Source: Eledone cirrhosa
Lineage: Eukaryota
DNA length: 64,000 nt
NCBI GenBank assembly: GCA_964016885.1
Contig: OZ024743.1
Location: forward strand, 241,552,001-241,616,000
Direction: 5' to 3'
Shown here: positions 50,733-61,799 of the stretch, piece after piece
Layout: each line of letters starts with the position of its first letter
How positions within the stretch are numbered: position 1 is the first letter of the stretch
Program-made: the position numbers and the translations under genes
Notes under the pieces: model-generated
Seen by the model: only the letters and a program-made list of their open reading frames with translations
What the model was told of the DNA's origin: nothing
Database searches by the model: none

Positions 50733-53700
50733 TTGATAGAGTAAGACACGCTTCACATCGGCTCCGCTATTCCATCGGGATCTACCCTTACTATTGTAAG
50801 TACCGGATAAATTTTTCAGTGCAACACATTTGGAACACTAACCCCTGTTATTTAGGGAAACATTTTTGCATTTACCCCCTTTTTAGGGGGTAAAATAAAT
50901 ATCTATTTTTGCCGAAAAATTTCTTTCTTGGCAGCATGGCGGAAAAGATGGCAGACATGTCTGCCATTAGCTCTGCCACGCCCCCCAAGTCTGAAGAACA
51001 AAAAATAATTACAACAAAATTAGACAATGAAACAAACAAAGAAAATGAAAAAACAAATGTTAAGGAAAATGAGCAAACGGAAAACAAACAAACAGAAAAT
51101 AATACAAATAACAACAGGGCAACTTTCGCCCAGAAAACAAAACAATCCATTACATACACACCAATTGACCTAACTGCCGCCAGAGAAAAACTGGCCGAAG
51201 CAAAGAAACACATTGTTTTGGGGGAGAACGGAATGTTTTCCATTAACTCCCCCCCCCCCCAGAATTCAAGAAAGAAAGAACAGAGAACACAGTTCTCTTC
51301 AGAACTATACTGAACCAGACAAGAAAGCCAGCACAACCCAGCCAAATGGAAATAGAGTTAGTCCTAAAAGACTATATGAAGAATATTCTCTTCATACGAA
51401 AGGACCGACTCTATGGCAGCATTTCGGTCCTAACAAGAGACAAGGAAACGGCGGAGAAGCTTTCCCTAAGCCCACTCTCATCGACAACATACAGCTTCTA
51501 TCCCTCTTACATGGGTAGAAGAACACAGAGAGTAAAAGTAAAAACAATGCTGCCCACAATGGACTTCTGGTGGGCTATTGCTGGCTTCATAGACATGGGC
51601 GAAGACACAATGCTGTCAATGGGGAAGGCAACTGGAGATGCGTTCCTGGGAATGGGCCTCGACATACTAGTCCAAATGAGGCCCGAAAGAATAGCACAAA
51701 TCCCGGATCGCATCTGGCTGGATGACCTTACCCCAATAGACATAATTGTAGAGGGGAGAAGACCAGCATGCTATTTATGCATGGAAAGGGGACACGTTAA
51801 GGCTAACTGCCCGAAACGTATCCCCCAAAAAGGACTATTGCCCACACCCACCACAAACAGTACACCAACACCACCCACCTCCAAAAATACACTAATACAC
51901 AGCAAACAAAATACAGACACCACCAACCACAAACACAACACAAACATCACCACCACCAGCACCAAACACAAGCACGACACAAAAATCACCACCACCAACC
52001 ACAACACAAACATCACCATCACCAACCACAAGCACGACACAAACATTACCACCACCACCACCACCACAAAACCCATTCCAAACAAATAATAAAAAAAACA
52101 GTAACAAATCTACCCCTCCCGCAAAAAAAAAACAACCACACAACACGTCCCTCCCACCTAGCGCTGAAGAGTTTCCCCCAACTTCTGAAGAAGAAGGAGG
52201 AGAAGCCTTCAGACAAGTTAAAAGAAAAAAAAGAAAACACACACCCAGCACACCACAAATAACCCACACACAAACACCAACTCCAATCAAAAACACCCCA
52301 CCCTCACCAAACAAAAATAAATCTGCGCCTCCCCTCTTCGAAACATTGACAGCATCACAAAAAAAGACGTTGCAATACACATATATAAATAAAGAAAACA
52401 AAAAAACTGGTTAAATTAATAAACAATAACCCTATGGTGCAGACCGAAGGGCCAAACTTTATCTCAACAGAGAACTTCACCCATTTAAAAATGATAAAGG
52501 TCCCTATGGACCTTTATCGTTCCTTAAAAGAACAATTTAGACGGGACGTGAGCCCCCCCCCCCTGTTTAAAACCGTTGAATCGCGTCCTCTTGAAAGATT
52601 TCCCCATAACCGCCCCTCTCCCTGACACAACTCCAAATACCCCAACCCCACCACACACGTGTACCCCCACACCACCACAAAACATCCCTCCACCCAACAC
52701 ACCTGATGCGATGGAAATTACGCAACCCGGAGAGGTAGGTGCTTTTCTTTCTTCACTTTCAACACCAAAATAGATCAATTGAGAGTTGGCTGTTTGAACG
52801 CGCGTGGCCTGGGCTCAGCTTGGAAGCAAGCAAAGCTTCTAAGTGACCTCAGGTCACAAAGTATAGATGTGATTGTTGTTTGCGAGAGTCGGATCAGCAG
52901 CGTGAGACAGCTGGCGCCCGCCTTCGATGACTTTGAGATGCATGCATCTCTCTGTCAACCCGGAGGCGGGGGGGGGGGAGTTGCCGTACTGCTGGATAAA
53001 CGTCAGACTCTCGACGTACAGATTGTTCACTCGGACCCGGGGGGTCGATTACTGGTGCTGGACGTCGGAGGCGGTGAAGGTGGGGCTTTCAGACTGGTCG
53101 GTCTTTATGCTCCCTTCGGGGCGGAAAGAGCCGACTTCTTCCAGCGTCTGGAGACTTTTCTAGGAACGTCGCGTTCCCTGCTTTTAGTGGGGGACTGGAA
53201 TGGAATCCTAGATGCGCGTTGGGACTATGCAGGGGCATGTCCCGATAGAGGGGGGTGTAGCAGCCTCAAGGGGTTACTCGATCGATTCGACCTGGTCGAT
53301 AGATTTCGACTAGATTGTCCAACTGCGCCAACCTGGACCTGGGCAAACCGCAGTGGACAATCTAGATCGTACCTAGATAGGTTTTTGGTTAGGAGTAAGG
53401 ATAGGGACGTATTTAGTTGTCCAGAACTGATCATGGTTGGCTATTCAGATCACAAATTAGTGACCTGCGTGGTCAACCTTGATAGAATGCATAGACAGGG
53501 TCCCGGTTACTGGAAGATGAACTTGTCCTTGCCGACAAAGAAAGATTACAGAAACCGGATTAGTAGCTTAGTTAAGATGCGGTTGACGGGAGCGATCGTC
53601 AACAGTAGGTGGTGGGTATCTCTAAAGAGAGAGATTAGAGTAAGTTCGATAGGTTACAGTAAGGAACTAGCGGCGAATAGAAATAGGAAGGAAAGGGAGT

Positions 53701-55945
53701 TAACAGATAAACTAGAAGAGGCGATTAGGAGCGGAGACGTAGCCAGAGTGTTAGCGGCGAGAACGGCGTTGAGCCAGTTCTTTGACGCGAAGCACGAAGG
53801 CTGCGTTGTCCGAAGTAAAATACGTGCTTTAGGAAACGAGGGGACCAAAGCTGTTAGCTGGGCCCGCGTGACAGAAGCCAAGAGTGGGATTAAACCACCA
53901 TTCGGTCTTTGCGAGACCAGGATGGACGGGTGATCCTTGAACCTGGGTGAATGTGCGAGGCCTTTCAAAGGCACTTTGCTCGACTGTTCGGAGGTGGCGG
54001 GGGGCCGGACGGGGATGTGGACTTCGGTCCATACCTCGACGGTCTACCGCGTCTTTCGAGCGGCGAAGCGGAGTGCTGCGAAAGGCCAATCACAGCCACT
54101 GAAATCGGGGAAGCGCTCAGCCAATGCAGCAGACGCAAATCCCCGGGTCTCGATGGTCTACCATACGAACTTTATTTAGCTATGCCGGTCTTGTTCTCCG
54201 AACTCCTCGAGGCTGTCTATTTCAACTGGCAACAGATCGGGAGAATTCCCTGTTCTGTGACCAAGGGCGTGGTCACGCTAGTGAGGAAGGACGAGAGCAA
54301 GGGGGACGACTTAAGTAACTTTAGGCCCATAACTCTGCTGAATGCAGAGTTACAGATTTTGGCCAAGGTGTTGGCGAAGAGGTTGGCGCTTGTGGTGGGT
54401 GGTTTTGGTGGGAGACGCGCAGACATGTGCTATCCCGTCCAGGTCCATTCACGACAACCTCCACCTCATGCGATACATCATAGAGAGGGTTGGCTACGAA
54501 CCTGGCTTTGGTGAGGCCCTGATCAACTTGGATCAATCTAAGGCGTTCGATAGGGTCGACCATGGTTACCTGGATGCGGTGCTAGCGGCGGCGGGCTTCG
54601 GACCCGTTTTCAGGGGCTGGATTTCTGCCATGCACAGTGGCAACATCTACTCTAGGATTAAAGTAAACGGCTACCTCTCGGAGCCGTTTCAAATCACCCG
54701 ATCCATCAGACAGGGGTGCCCCCTCTCCTCCCTTCTGTACGTATTGACTCTCGAGCCACTGCTGCGGAAGTTGGAGTTGCTGCGGGGCATACCCCTGGAA
54801 CCGGGATTGCACAAAGTGGTCTCGGCCTATGCCGACGACGTAACAGTAATGGTGGCGGACGCCTCGGAAATCGGGGCAATCGCCACCCTACTGGAGGAAT
54901 ACTAAAGGCTGACGGGGGCTAAGCTGAACCAGGACAAGTCAGTCGGTTTGCAACTCGGAACGTGGAGGGGCAAACCGATGCCGTTAGACGGTGTCGTCGG
55001 GCGGTGGACGGAGGGCCCGGTGAAGCTGCTCGGGTCTGGTTCGGACCGGACCTCCAGGTGGAGAAGAATTGGGGCGAGGTGACGAGCAGGGTGTTTGCGC
55101 TGACCCAGAAGTGGGCCAAGTGCAAACTATCACTGAAAGGTCGGGCGGAGGTGACGAACGCTTACATAGCGTCCGTCATCTACTACCGCCTGACCGTCGT
55201 GCCTTGCCTAGCCTGGCAGTGTTACCGGGGGGCTCTGCCCGTTCGAGAAAAGCTCTACAGACACGGGCGCCCGGGCAGGGATCCCGCGAAAAAGATCTGT
55301 CCCAGATGCGTGCGCGACGAGGAAACCGTTGCGCATGCACTGGTACACTGCCCGGGCGTTGCCGATCTGTGGGGCTACGTCGAACGACTGCTGTCGCGTG
55401 TGGCGCCGATTCGATTAACCGCCGAGTCTGTGGTGAACATCAAGCCGCCTCCTCCCTTCAGAAATGAAGCAGAGGCGGTCTTTCTGTGCGTAATAGCCAT
55501 GATGAAAGAGGTTGTGTGGTGGACGCGCCTGAAAGGTCTGAGGTCGGGTGACTTTCTCTCCGGCCATCACCTGGTTTACTTCTTCCGATACCACTTCGGA
55601 AGAAGGATCAGGATGGAGAGAGAAGTGCTTGGTCCCAGACAGTTTTATGAAAGGTGGGTGAAAGAAGCGAGAATGGCCCGTGTAAATGGGCCTTCTCTCT
55701 ACATTGTTCTGTAGGTGAAGAAGTGAAGAGAAAAGGGGGAGCGCCTCCTCTCTGGGCTTCCCCCGCGAAAAGAGTTGCACACTTTTCGGGGGTATGTGCA
55801 ATCCCCAACACGCCCCCTCCCTTTTGAGGACTTTTTATTGTTATATTATTATTGTTATTCCTTTTTTCTTTACTCGATTTATGTAAACTCCCCCACTGTG
55901 TAAATGTCCCCTTCTTTTGTGCCCTCGTGGCAAATAAATAGAAAT

Positions 55946-55946
<1 letters not shown>
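50733..55946 (+). mobile_element. Tx1-clade LINE, copy 1 (divergent subfamily, frameshifted)
   Basis: ORF1 pieces with CCHC knuckle CYLCMERGHVKANC; ORF2 pieces with APE (GCLNARGL, GDWN, SYLDRF, SDH) and RT (LDQSKAFDRV, RQGCPLS, YADD); AATAAA then (TATC)n; (TATC)n also at 50713-50732. Confidence 0.9.

Positions 55947-56008
<62 letters not shown>
55947..56008. repeat. (TATC)n spacer between LINE copies; also at 50713-50732 and 61771-61800
   Basis: Directly visible. Confidence 0.95.
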
Positions 56009-56009
<1 letters not shown>

Positions 56010-56240
56010 AAATCTAGCTGTCGTCTGTTCTACAGTGTGGATGTCATTCACTTCGCACAGAAGTTTTGTTCAAATTTATTGAGGAAATTTTGTGAGTTCA
56101 AACTTAATTTTGATACAATTGTGTAGCTTGACCCTCCGTCTGAACTGTCAGGCGGTGGGTCAGCTCATCTTTACCCCTCCTAGAGGTGAAAAACCTGTTT
56201 TAAAAAATTTTGTGTAAAAAATTTCAATCGTCTAACAGAA

Positions 56241-58118
56241 ATGTTAAACGCAGCGAACGAAAATAGTGGTGGGGGGACAGCGGTAAGAGTTGTAAGCTCG
56301 CACGCTTTAGTCCTCCCTTCCTTCCCAACTAACGTCATAGAGAAGGAAGGAAAAATGAAAATAAAAACGGACGAATCTGCGGAGGAAAAATTAAATGACG
56401 AAAACAACGAAAAAAAAAAATTTGAAAAATTGCATGACAATACTAATAACACAAACAAAGACACAACAAACAAAAAAATAACAGTTGAAAATAACATCAT
56501 ATCAGAAAACAAAGCAGACGACAAGATTTCTTTTGCACAGAAAACAAAGAAATCTTTGACTTATATAGCGGAAAACATTTCAGATGTGGTACGAAGGATC
56601 ACGGACGCAAAACAATACATAAGTGAAGGTGAGAATGGTATTTTATTGGTAAAAATGCCTCAAGAATTCACGAAAGACATTGAAAGCCGAACGGTCAAGT
56701 TTCGGACCATCAACAACAGTACAAAAAAACCTGAACAGCCTTCTCAAGCAGATATCAAAACAGTACTCGCAGAAGTACTGAATGAAACAACTTTCATAAG
56801 AAAAGACAGACTGTATGGAAGCCTAGCAATTATCATGAAGAACGAATCGGCGGCAAAAAAATGTGCTTTGTCACCGATTCGTTCGAAAAATTTCACCTTT
56901 TATCCATCTTATATGGGAAAAAAAACTCAACGCATATGGCTGGATGCAATGATGCCAGATGTGGACTACTGCTGGCTCATAGCTGGCTTCATCGATCCAG
57001 TGAATGACAACGTGATTTCCATTGGGAAAACCACAGGCAATGCGTTCAGTGGAACAGGTATAGAGCTGGTAGTACAAATGAAGCCTGAACGCATCGCCCA
57101 AATACCCGACAGAATCCTATTAGAGGACCACGGGTATATAAACATTAGCGTGGAGGGGAGAAGGCCGTCCTGCCATATCTGTGCAGGCAGAGGGCACCTG
57201 AAGGCCGCTTGTCCACAACTCAACAAAAAGAAAACTCTGCTACCAACACCAGCTCCACCACCACCACCACAACAGATAAACAAACAACAAAACTCAGTCC
57301 CACCCAACCCGTCCCTCAGTAACACCACAACACCACCACAACACAAACAGTCACAACACATTACCCCAAAACAAAATACAGGCCCACCCAACCTCTCACT
57401 CAATAAAACAACACAACCACCGCAGACACAACACACAACACAGTCTAACATAGTGACATCCATCTCCCCCACAAAGAAAACCAACACGGAAACATTACCA
57501 GCAAACATACCTCTTCCCTCCAACACTGAAGATAACCCAACGAATTCGGAGGAAGAAACGGAGTCCTTCAGACAGATTAAAAGGAAAAAAAGAAAACATG
57601 TGCAAAACACACAAGGACAAACAACCCCCACCCAAATCGCAACACAATCTAACAAAACAGAAAACACCCCTCCAGCAACAAACAAAACCAATCCTGCCCC
57701 TCCCCTCTTCGAAACACTCACACCATCGGAAAAAAAGACATTACACTATACTTACATCAACAGAAACAATAATAAATTAAATGAACTCATATACAATAAT
57801 CCTTCGGTACAAACCGAAGGTGTAAACTTTGTTTCATCAGAAAACCACCCACATTTAAAACTAATAAAAATCCCAATGAACCTCTACCAAAAACTAAAAA
57901 AGGATTTTAAGGAGGACGTAGGACCACCCTCTGTCAAACCCATAAACCGCGTCCTACTAAAAAGCTTTCCCCCTCCCCTTCCCCTCCCCAACACAACTCC
58001 AAACACCCCAACCCCACCACACACCGACGACCCCACACCACCACAAGACACCCCTTCACCCAACACCCCCGACCCCACGGAAGTCGTGCAACCCGAACCC
58101 CGGGAAGCGGAAAGGTAG
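56241..58118 (+). CDS. LINE ORF1p (625 aa) with a CCHC zinc knuckle
   Basis: EGRRPSCHICAGRGHLKAACP, followed by a P/T/Q-rich region and basic RQIKRKKRK. Confidence 0.88.
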   Translation: MLNAANENSGGGTAVRVVSSHALVLPSFPTNVIEKEGKMKIKTDESAEEKLNDENNEKKKFEKLHDNTNNTNKDTTNKKITVENNIISENKADDKISFAQKTKKSLTYIAENISDVVRRITDAKQYISEGENGILLVKMPQEFTKDIESRTVKFRTINNSTKKPEQPSQADIKTVLAEVLNETTFIRKDRLYGSLAIIMKNESAAKKCALSPIRSKNFTFYPSYMGKKTQRIWLDAMMPDVDYCWLIAGFIDPVNDNVISIGKTTGNAFSGTGIELVVQMKPERIAQIPDRILLEDHGYINISVEGRRPSCHICAGRGHLKAACPQLNKKKTLLPTPAPPPPPQQINKQQNSVPPNPSLSNTTTPPQHKQSQHITPKQNTGPPNLSLNKTTQPPQTQHTTQSNIVTSISPTKKTNTETLPANIPLPSNTEDNPTNSEEETESFRQIKRKKRKHVQNTQGQTTPTQIATQSNKTENTPPATNKTNPAPPLFETLTPSEKKTLHYTYINRNNNKLNELIYNNPSVQTEGVNFVSSENHPHLKLIKIPMNLYQKLKKDFKEDVGPPSVKPINRVLLKSFPPPLPLPNTTPNTPTPPHTDDPTPPQDTPSPNTPDPTEVVQPEPREAER

Positions 58119-58151
58119 GTCTCTACACTCTCCTTTGGCTCTGCCGCCCAC

Positions 58152-61100
58152 ATGGATGTGTTAAGAGTAGGATGTTTGAATGCACGTGGCCTGGGCTCAA
58201 CTTGGAAGCAAGCAAAGCTTCTAAATGACCTCAGGTCATGTAGTATAAATGTAATGGTTATCTGTGAGACTCGAATCAGCGTCATGCGGCAGCTGGCCCC
58301 CACCTTCGATGACTTTGAGGTGCATGCATCTCTCTGTCAACCTGGAGGTGGGGGTGGGGTTGTCGTGCTGCTGCAAAAACACCTGGGTCTTGCCGTACAG
58401 GTTGTGCACTCGGACCCGGAGGGTCGTTTGTTGGTGCTAGACGTTGGCAGTAGTGAAAGTGCGGCCTTGAGACTGGTCGCCGTCTACTCCCCTTTCGGAG
58501 CTGAACGGCCCGACTTCTTCCAGCGTTTGGAGACTTTTCTGGGAACGTCGCGTTCCCTGCTTCTAGCGGGGGATTGGAATGACATCCTGGATGCACGTTG
58601 GGACTATGCAGGAGCATGTCCTAATAGAGGGGGGTGTAACAGCCTCAAGGGGTTACTCGACCGTTTTAACTTGGTCGATAGATATCGACTAGATTTTCCA
58701 ACTGTGCCTACCTGGACTTGGAGAAACCACAGTGGTCAATCTAGATCGTACTTAGATAGATTCTTAGTTAGAAGTAAGGATAGGGACATATTAAGCTGTC
58801 CAGAAATGCGCACGGTTGGCTACACGGATCACAAATTAGTGACCTGCGTGGTCAATCTCGAGAAAACACATAGACAGGGTCCCGGTTACTGGAAACTTAA
58901 TTTGTCTTTACCGGCAAAAGAGACTTACAGAAACCGGATTAGCAGATTAGTTAAGGAGAGGTTGACGGGTGCAATCGTCAACAACCGATGGTGGGCATCT
59001 CTCAAAAGAGAGATTAGAACAGAATCAATAAGTTATAGCAAGATGTTAGCTGCCAATAGGAATAGAAACGAGAAAGAATTAACAGGTAAATTAGAAGAGG
59101 CAATCAAGAGCGAAGATGTGGCCAGAGTGCTGGCATCGAGGACGGCCTTGAACCAGTTTTTCGATGCAAAGCACGAAGGCTGCGTCATTCGAAGTAAAAT
59201 ACGTGCTCTAGGTAATGAGGGGGCCAAAGCCGTTAGATGGGCCCGCGTGACAGAAGCTAAAAGTGGAAATCGATCCACCATCCGGTCGTTGCAAGACGAA
59301 GATGGACGAGTGATCCGGGAGCCTAAGCAGATGTGCGAGGCCTTTCAAAAGCACTTTGCCCGATTGTTCGGGGGAGGCGAGGGTCCGGGCCGGGGCGTGG
59401 ATTTCGGTCCATACCTCGACGGCCTGCCGCGTCTCTCGAACAAAGAGGCAGAGTCCTGCGAGGGACCAATCTCGGCTGATGAGATCGGAGATGCGCTGAG
59501 CCAATGCAGCAGACGCAAATCTCCAGGTCTCGATGGTATACCTTACGAACTTTATTTAGCAATGCCGGTCTTCTTCTCCGAACTCCTCGAAGCGGTCTAC
59601 TGCAATTGGCAGCAGAACGGGAGAATTCCTTGTTCTGTAGCCAAGGGCGTAGTCACGCTGGTGAGGAAGGACGAGAACAAGGGGGATAGTATAAATAATT
59701 TTCGGCCCATAACCCTGCTAAACACAGAGTTAAAGATTTTGGCCAAGGTGTTAGCAAAGAGGTTGGCGCTTGTCGTGGGTGGCCTGGTGGGAGATGCGCA
59801 GACATGTGCTATCCCATCCAGGTCCATTCACGATAACCTCCACCTCATGCGATACATCATAGAGAGGGTTGGCAACAAACCCGGCTTCGGTGGGGCCCTG
59901 ATCAACTTGGATCAGTCTAAGGCCTTCGATAGGGTCGACCATGGTTACCTGGATGCGGTGCTAGCGGCGGCTGGGTTCGGTCCTGTTTTCAGAGGCTGGA
60001 TCACTGCCCTACATAGCAACCACATCTGTTCTAGGATCAAGGTGAACGGCTACCTTTCGAAGCCGTTCGAAATCAGACGATCCATTCGACAGGGGTGCCC
60101 TCTCTCCTCCCTTCTGTACGTATTGACTCTCGAGCCTTTACTGAGGAAGTTGGAGTTGTTGCAGGGTATCCCCCTGGAACCAGGATTGAGCAAAGCGGTG
60201 TCGGCCTACGCCGATGACGTAACAGTAATGGTATCAACCGACTCGGAGCTCTAGGCGATCGGTACCTTACTGGAGGAGTACGAAAGGTTGTCAGGAGCGA
60301 AACTGAACCGGGAAAAATCCATCGGGCTGCAACTCGGAACGTAGAGAGGCAGACCGATGCCTCCTGACGGTGTCGTCGGACACTGGACGGAGGGCCCGGT
60401 AAAGTTGCTTGGGGTCTGGTTTGGACCGGACCTCCAGGTGGAAAAGAACTGGAACGAGGTTACGAACAAGGTGTTTGCACTAACCCAGAAATGGGCCAAG
60501 TGTAAGCTGTCCCTAAAAGGCCGGGCGGAGGTGGCGAACATTTACATAGCGTCCGTCACTTACTACCGCCTGACTGTCGTGCCTTGCCCTAAGGAAACAC
60601 TCACCACCATGGAACGCATGCTCTTCCAATTTCTTTGGAAGAAGCGTCCTCCTATGGTGAGAAGATCCATCTGCTGCCAACAACCTTCGAAAGGAGGGCT
60701 GGGGATGCCGTGGTTGATGATGCGTAGGCACGCATTAAGGCTACGGCACCTACAGGTATTCCTCCCTGGTCAACCGGTGTGGGCTCCGTTCGTGAAACGA
60801 GCCTTTCCGAGACTCGTCTCACTCACCGAGCTACAGTCCTGGGTCAAGCAAAGATCCGGAAAACTGGGAGACTGGCACACTGAGTGTGCTCAGGCGCTCA
60901 GGGCTCTCTGGCAAGCGGGCCAGGCCATCGGTGGAGAATCCACCTCATCATTCTATAGAGGGCTGGTGGCTAGCAGGGGCGATGACACCCTTGGAGAGTC
61001 GCTGGACATGGAAGAAGACGAACTGGCCAGCCTGTTCGGTAGGACTTTCGGCCCAGGACCAATGGACAACTTCCAGAAGTCACTGGCCTGGCAGTGCTAC

Positions 61101-61556
61101 CGAGGGGCTCTACCCGTTCGAGAGAGGCTCTACAGACACGGGCGCCCGGGCAGGGATCCCTCAAAAAAGATTTGCCCTAGATGCGTGCGTCACGAAGAAA
61201 CCGTAGCGCACGCATTGGTGCAATGTCCGGGCGTGGCTGATCTGTGGGGCTACGCCGAACAACTGCTGTCGCGGGTGGCGCCGATTAAATTGACCGCCGA
61301 GTCCGTGATGACAATCAAACCGCCTCCCCTCTTCACAAAGGAAGCAAAGGCGGTTTTTCTGTGCGTAATAGCCATGTTGAAAGAGGTTGTTTGGTGGACA
61401 CGATTGAAAGGTCTGGTCTACTTCTTCCGATATCACTTCGGAAGAAGGATAAGAATGGAGAGAGAGGTGCTTGGCCACAGGCAGTTTTATGAAAGGTGGG
61501 TGATAGTGGCGAGAATGGCTCGTGTAAATGGGCCTTCTCTGTATACCATCCTGTAG
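58152..61556 (+). pseudogene. LINE ORF2p (APE endonuclease + RT + C-terminal CCHC) interrupted by TAG at 60252 and 60342
   Basis: ORFs 58152-60254 and 60357-61556 are in the same frame; motifs GPGYWKLN, KSPGLDG, FRPITLLN, YADD, GGLG, CPRC..ETVAHAL..C. Confidence 0.9.
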
Positions 61557-61799
61557 GTAAAGAAGTAAAGGAGAGGGGAGCACCTTCTCCATGTGCTCCC
61601 CGGGCAAAGGATTGCACACTTTTTCGGGGGTGTGTGCAACCCCCATCACGTCCCCTCCCTTTTGAGGTTATTTTCGATTATTTTCATGTTACACCCTTTT
61701 TACTCGATTATATGTAAACTCCCCCTTTGTATTTGTCCCTTCTTTTTATGCCTTTATGGTAAATAAAGAAATCTATCTATCTATCTATCTATCTATCTA

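Larger units (their letters stand above)
56009..61770 (+). mobile_element. Tx1-clade LINE, copy 2 (apparently full length)
   Basis: 5' UTR, intact ORF1, ORF2 with two in-frame stops, 3' UTR with AATAAA; 5' start identical to copy 3. Confidence 0.93.

Noticed and set aside
58112-58122. AGGTAGGT at the ORF1 stop as a splice donor joining ORF1 and ORF2
   Set aside because: A short motif expected by chance; no acceptor or transcript evidence.
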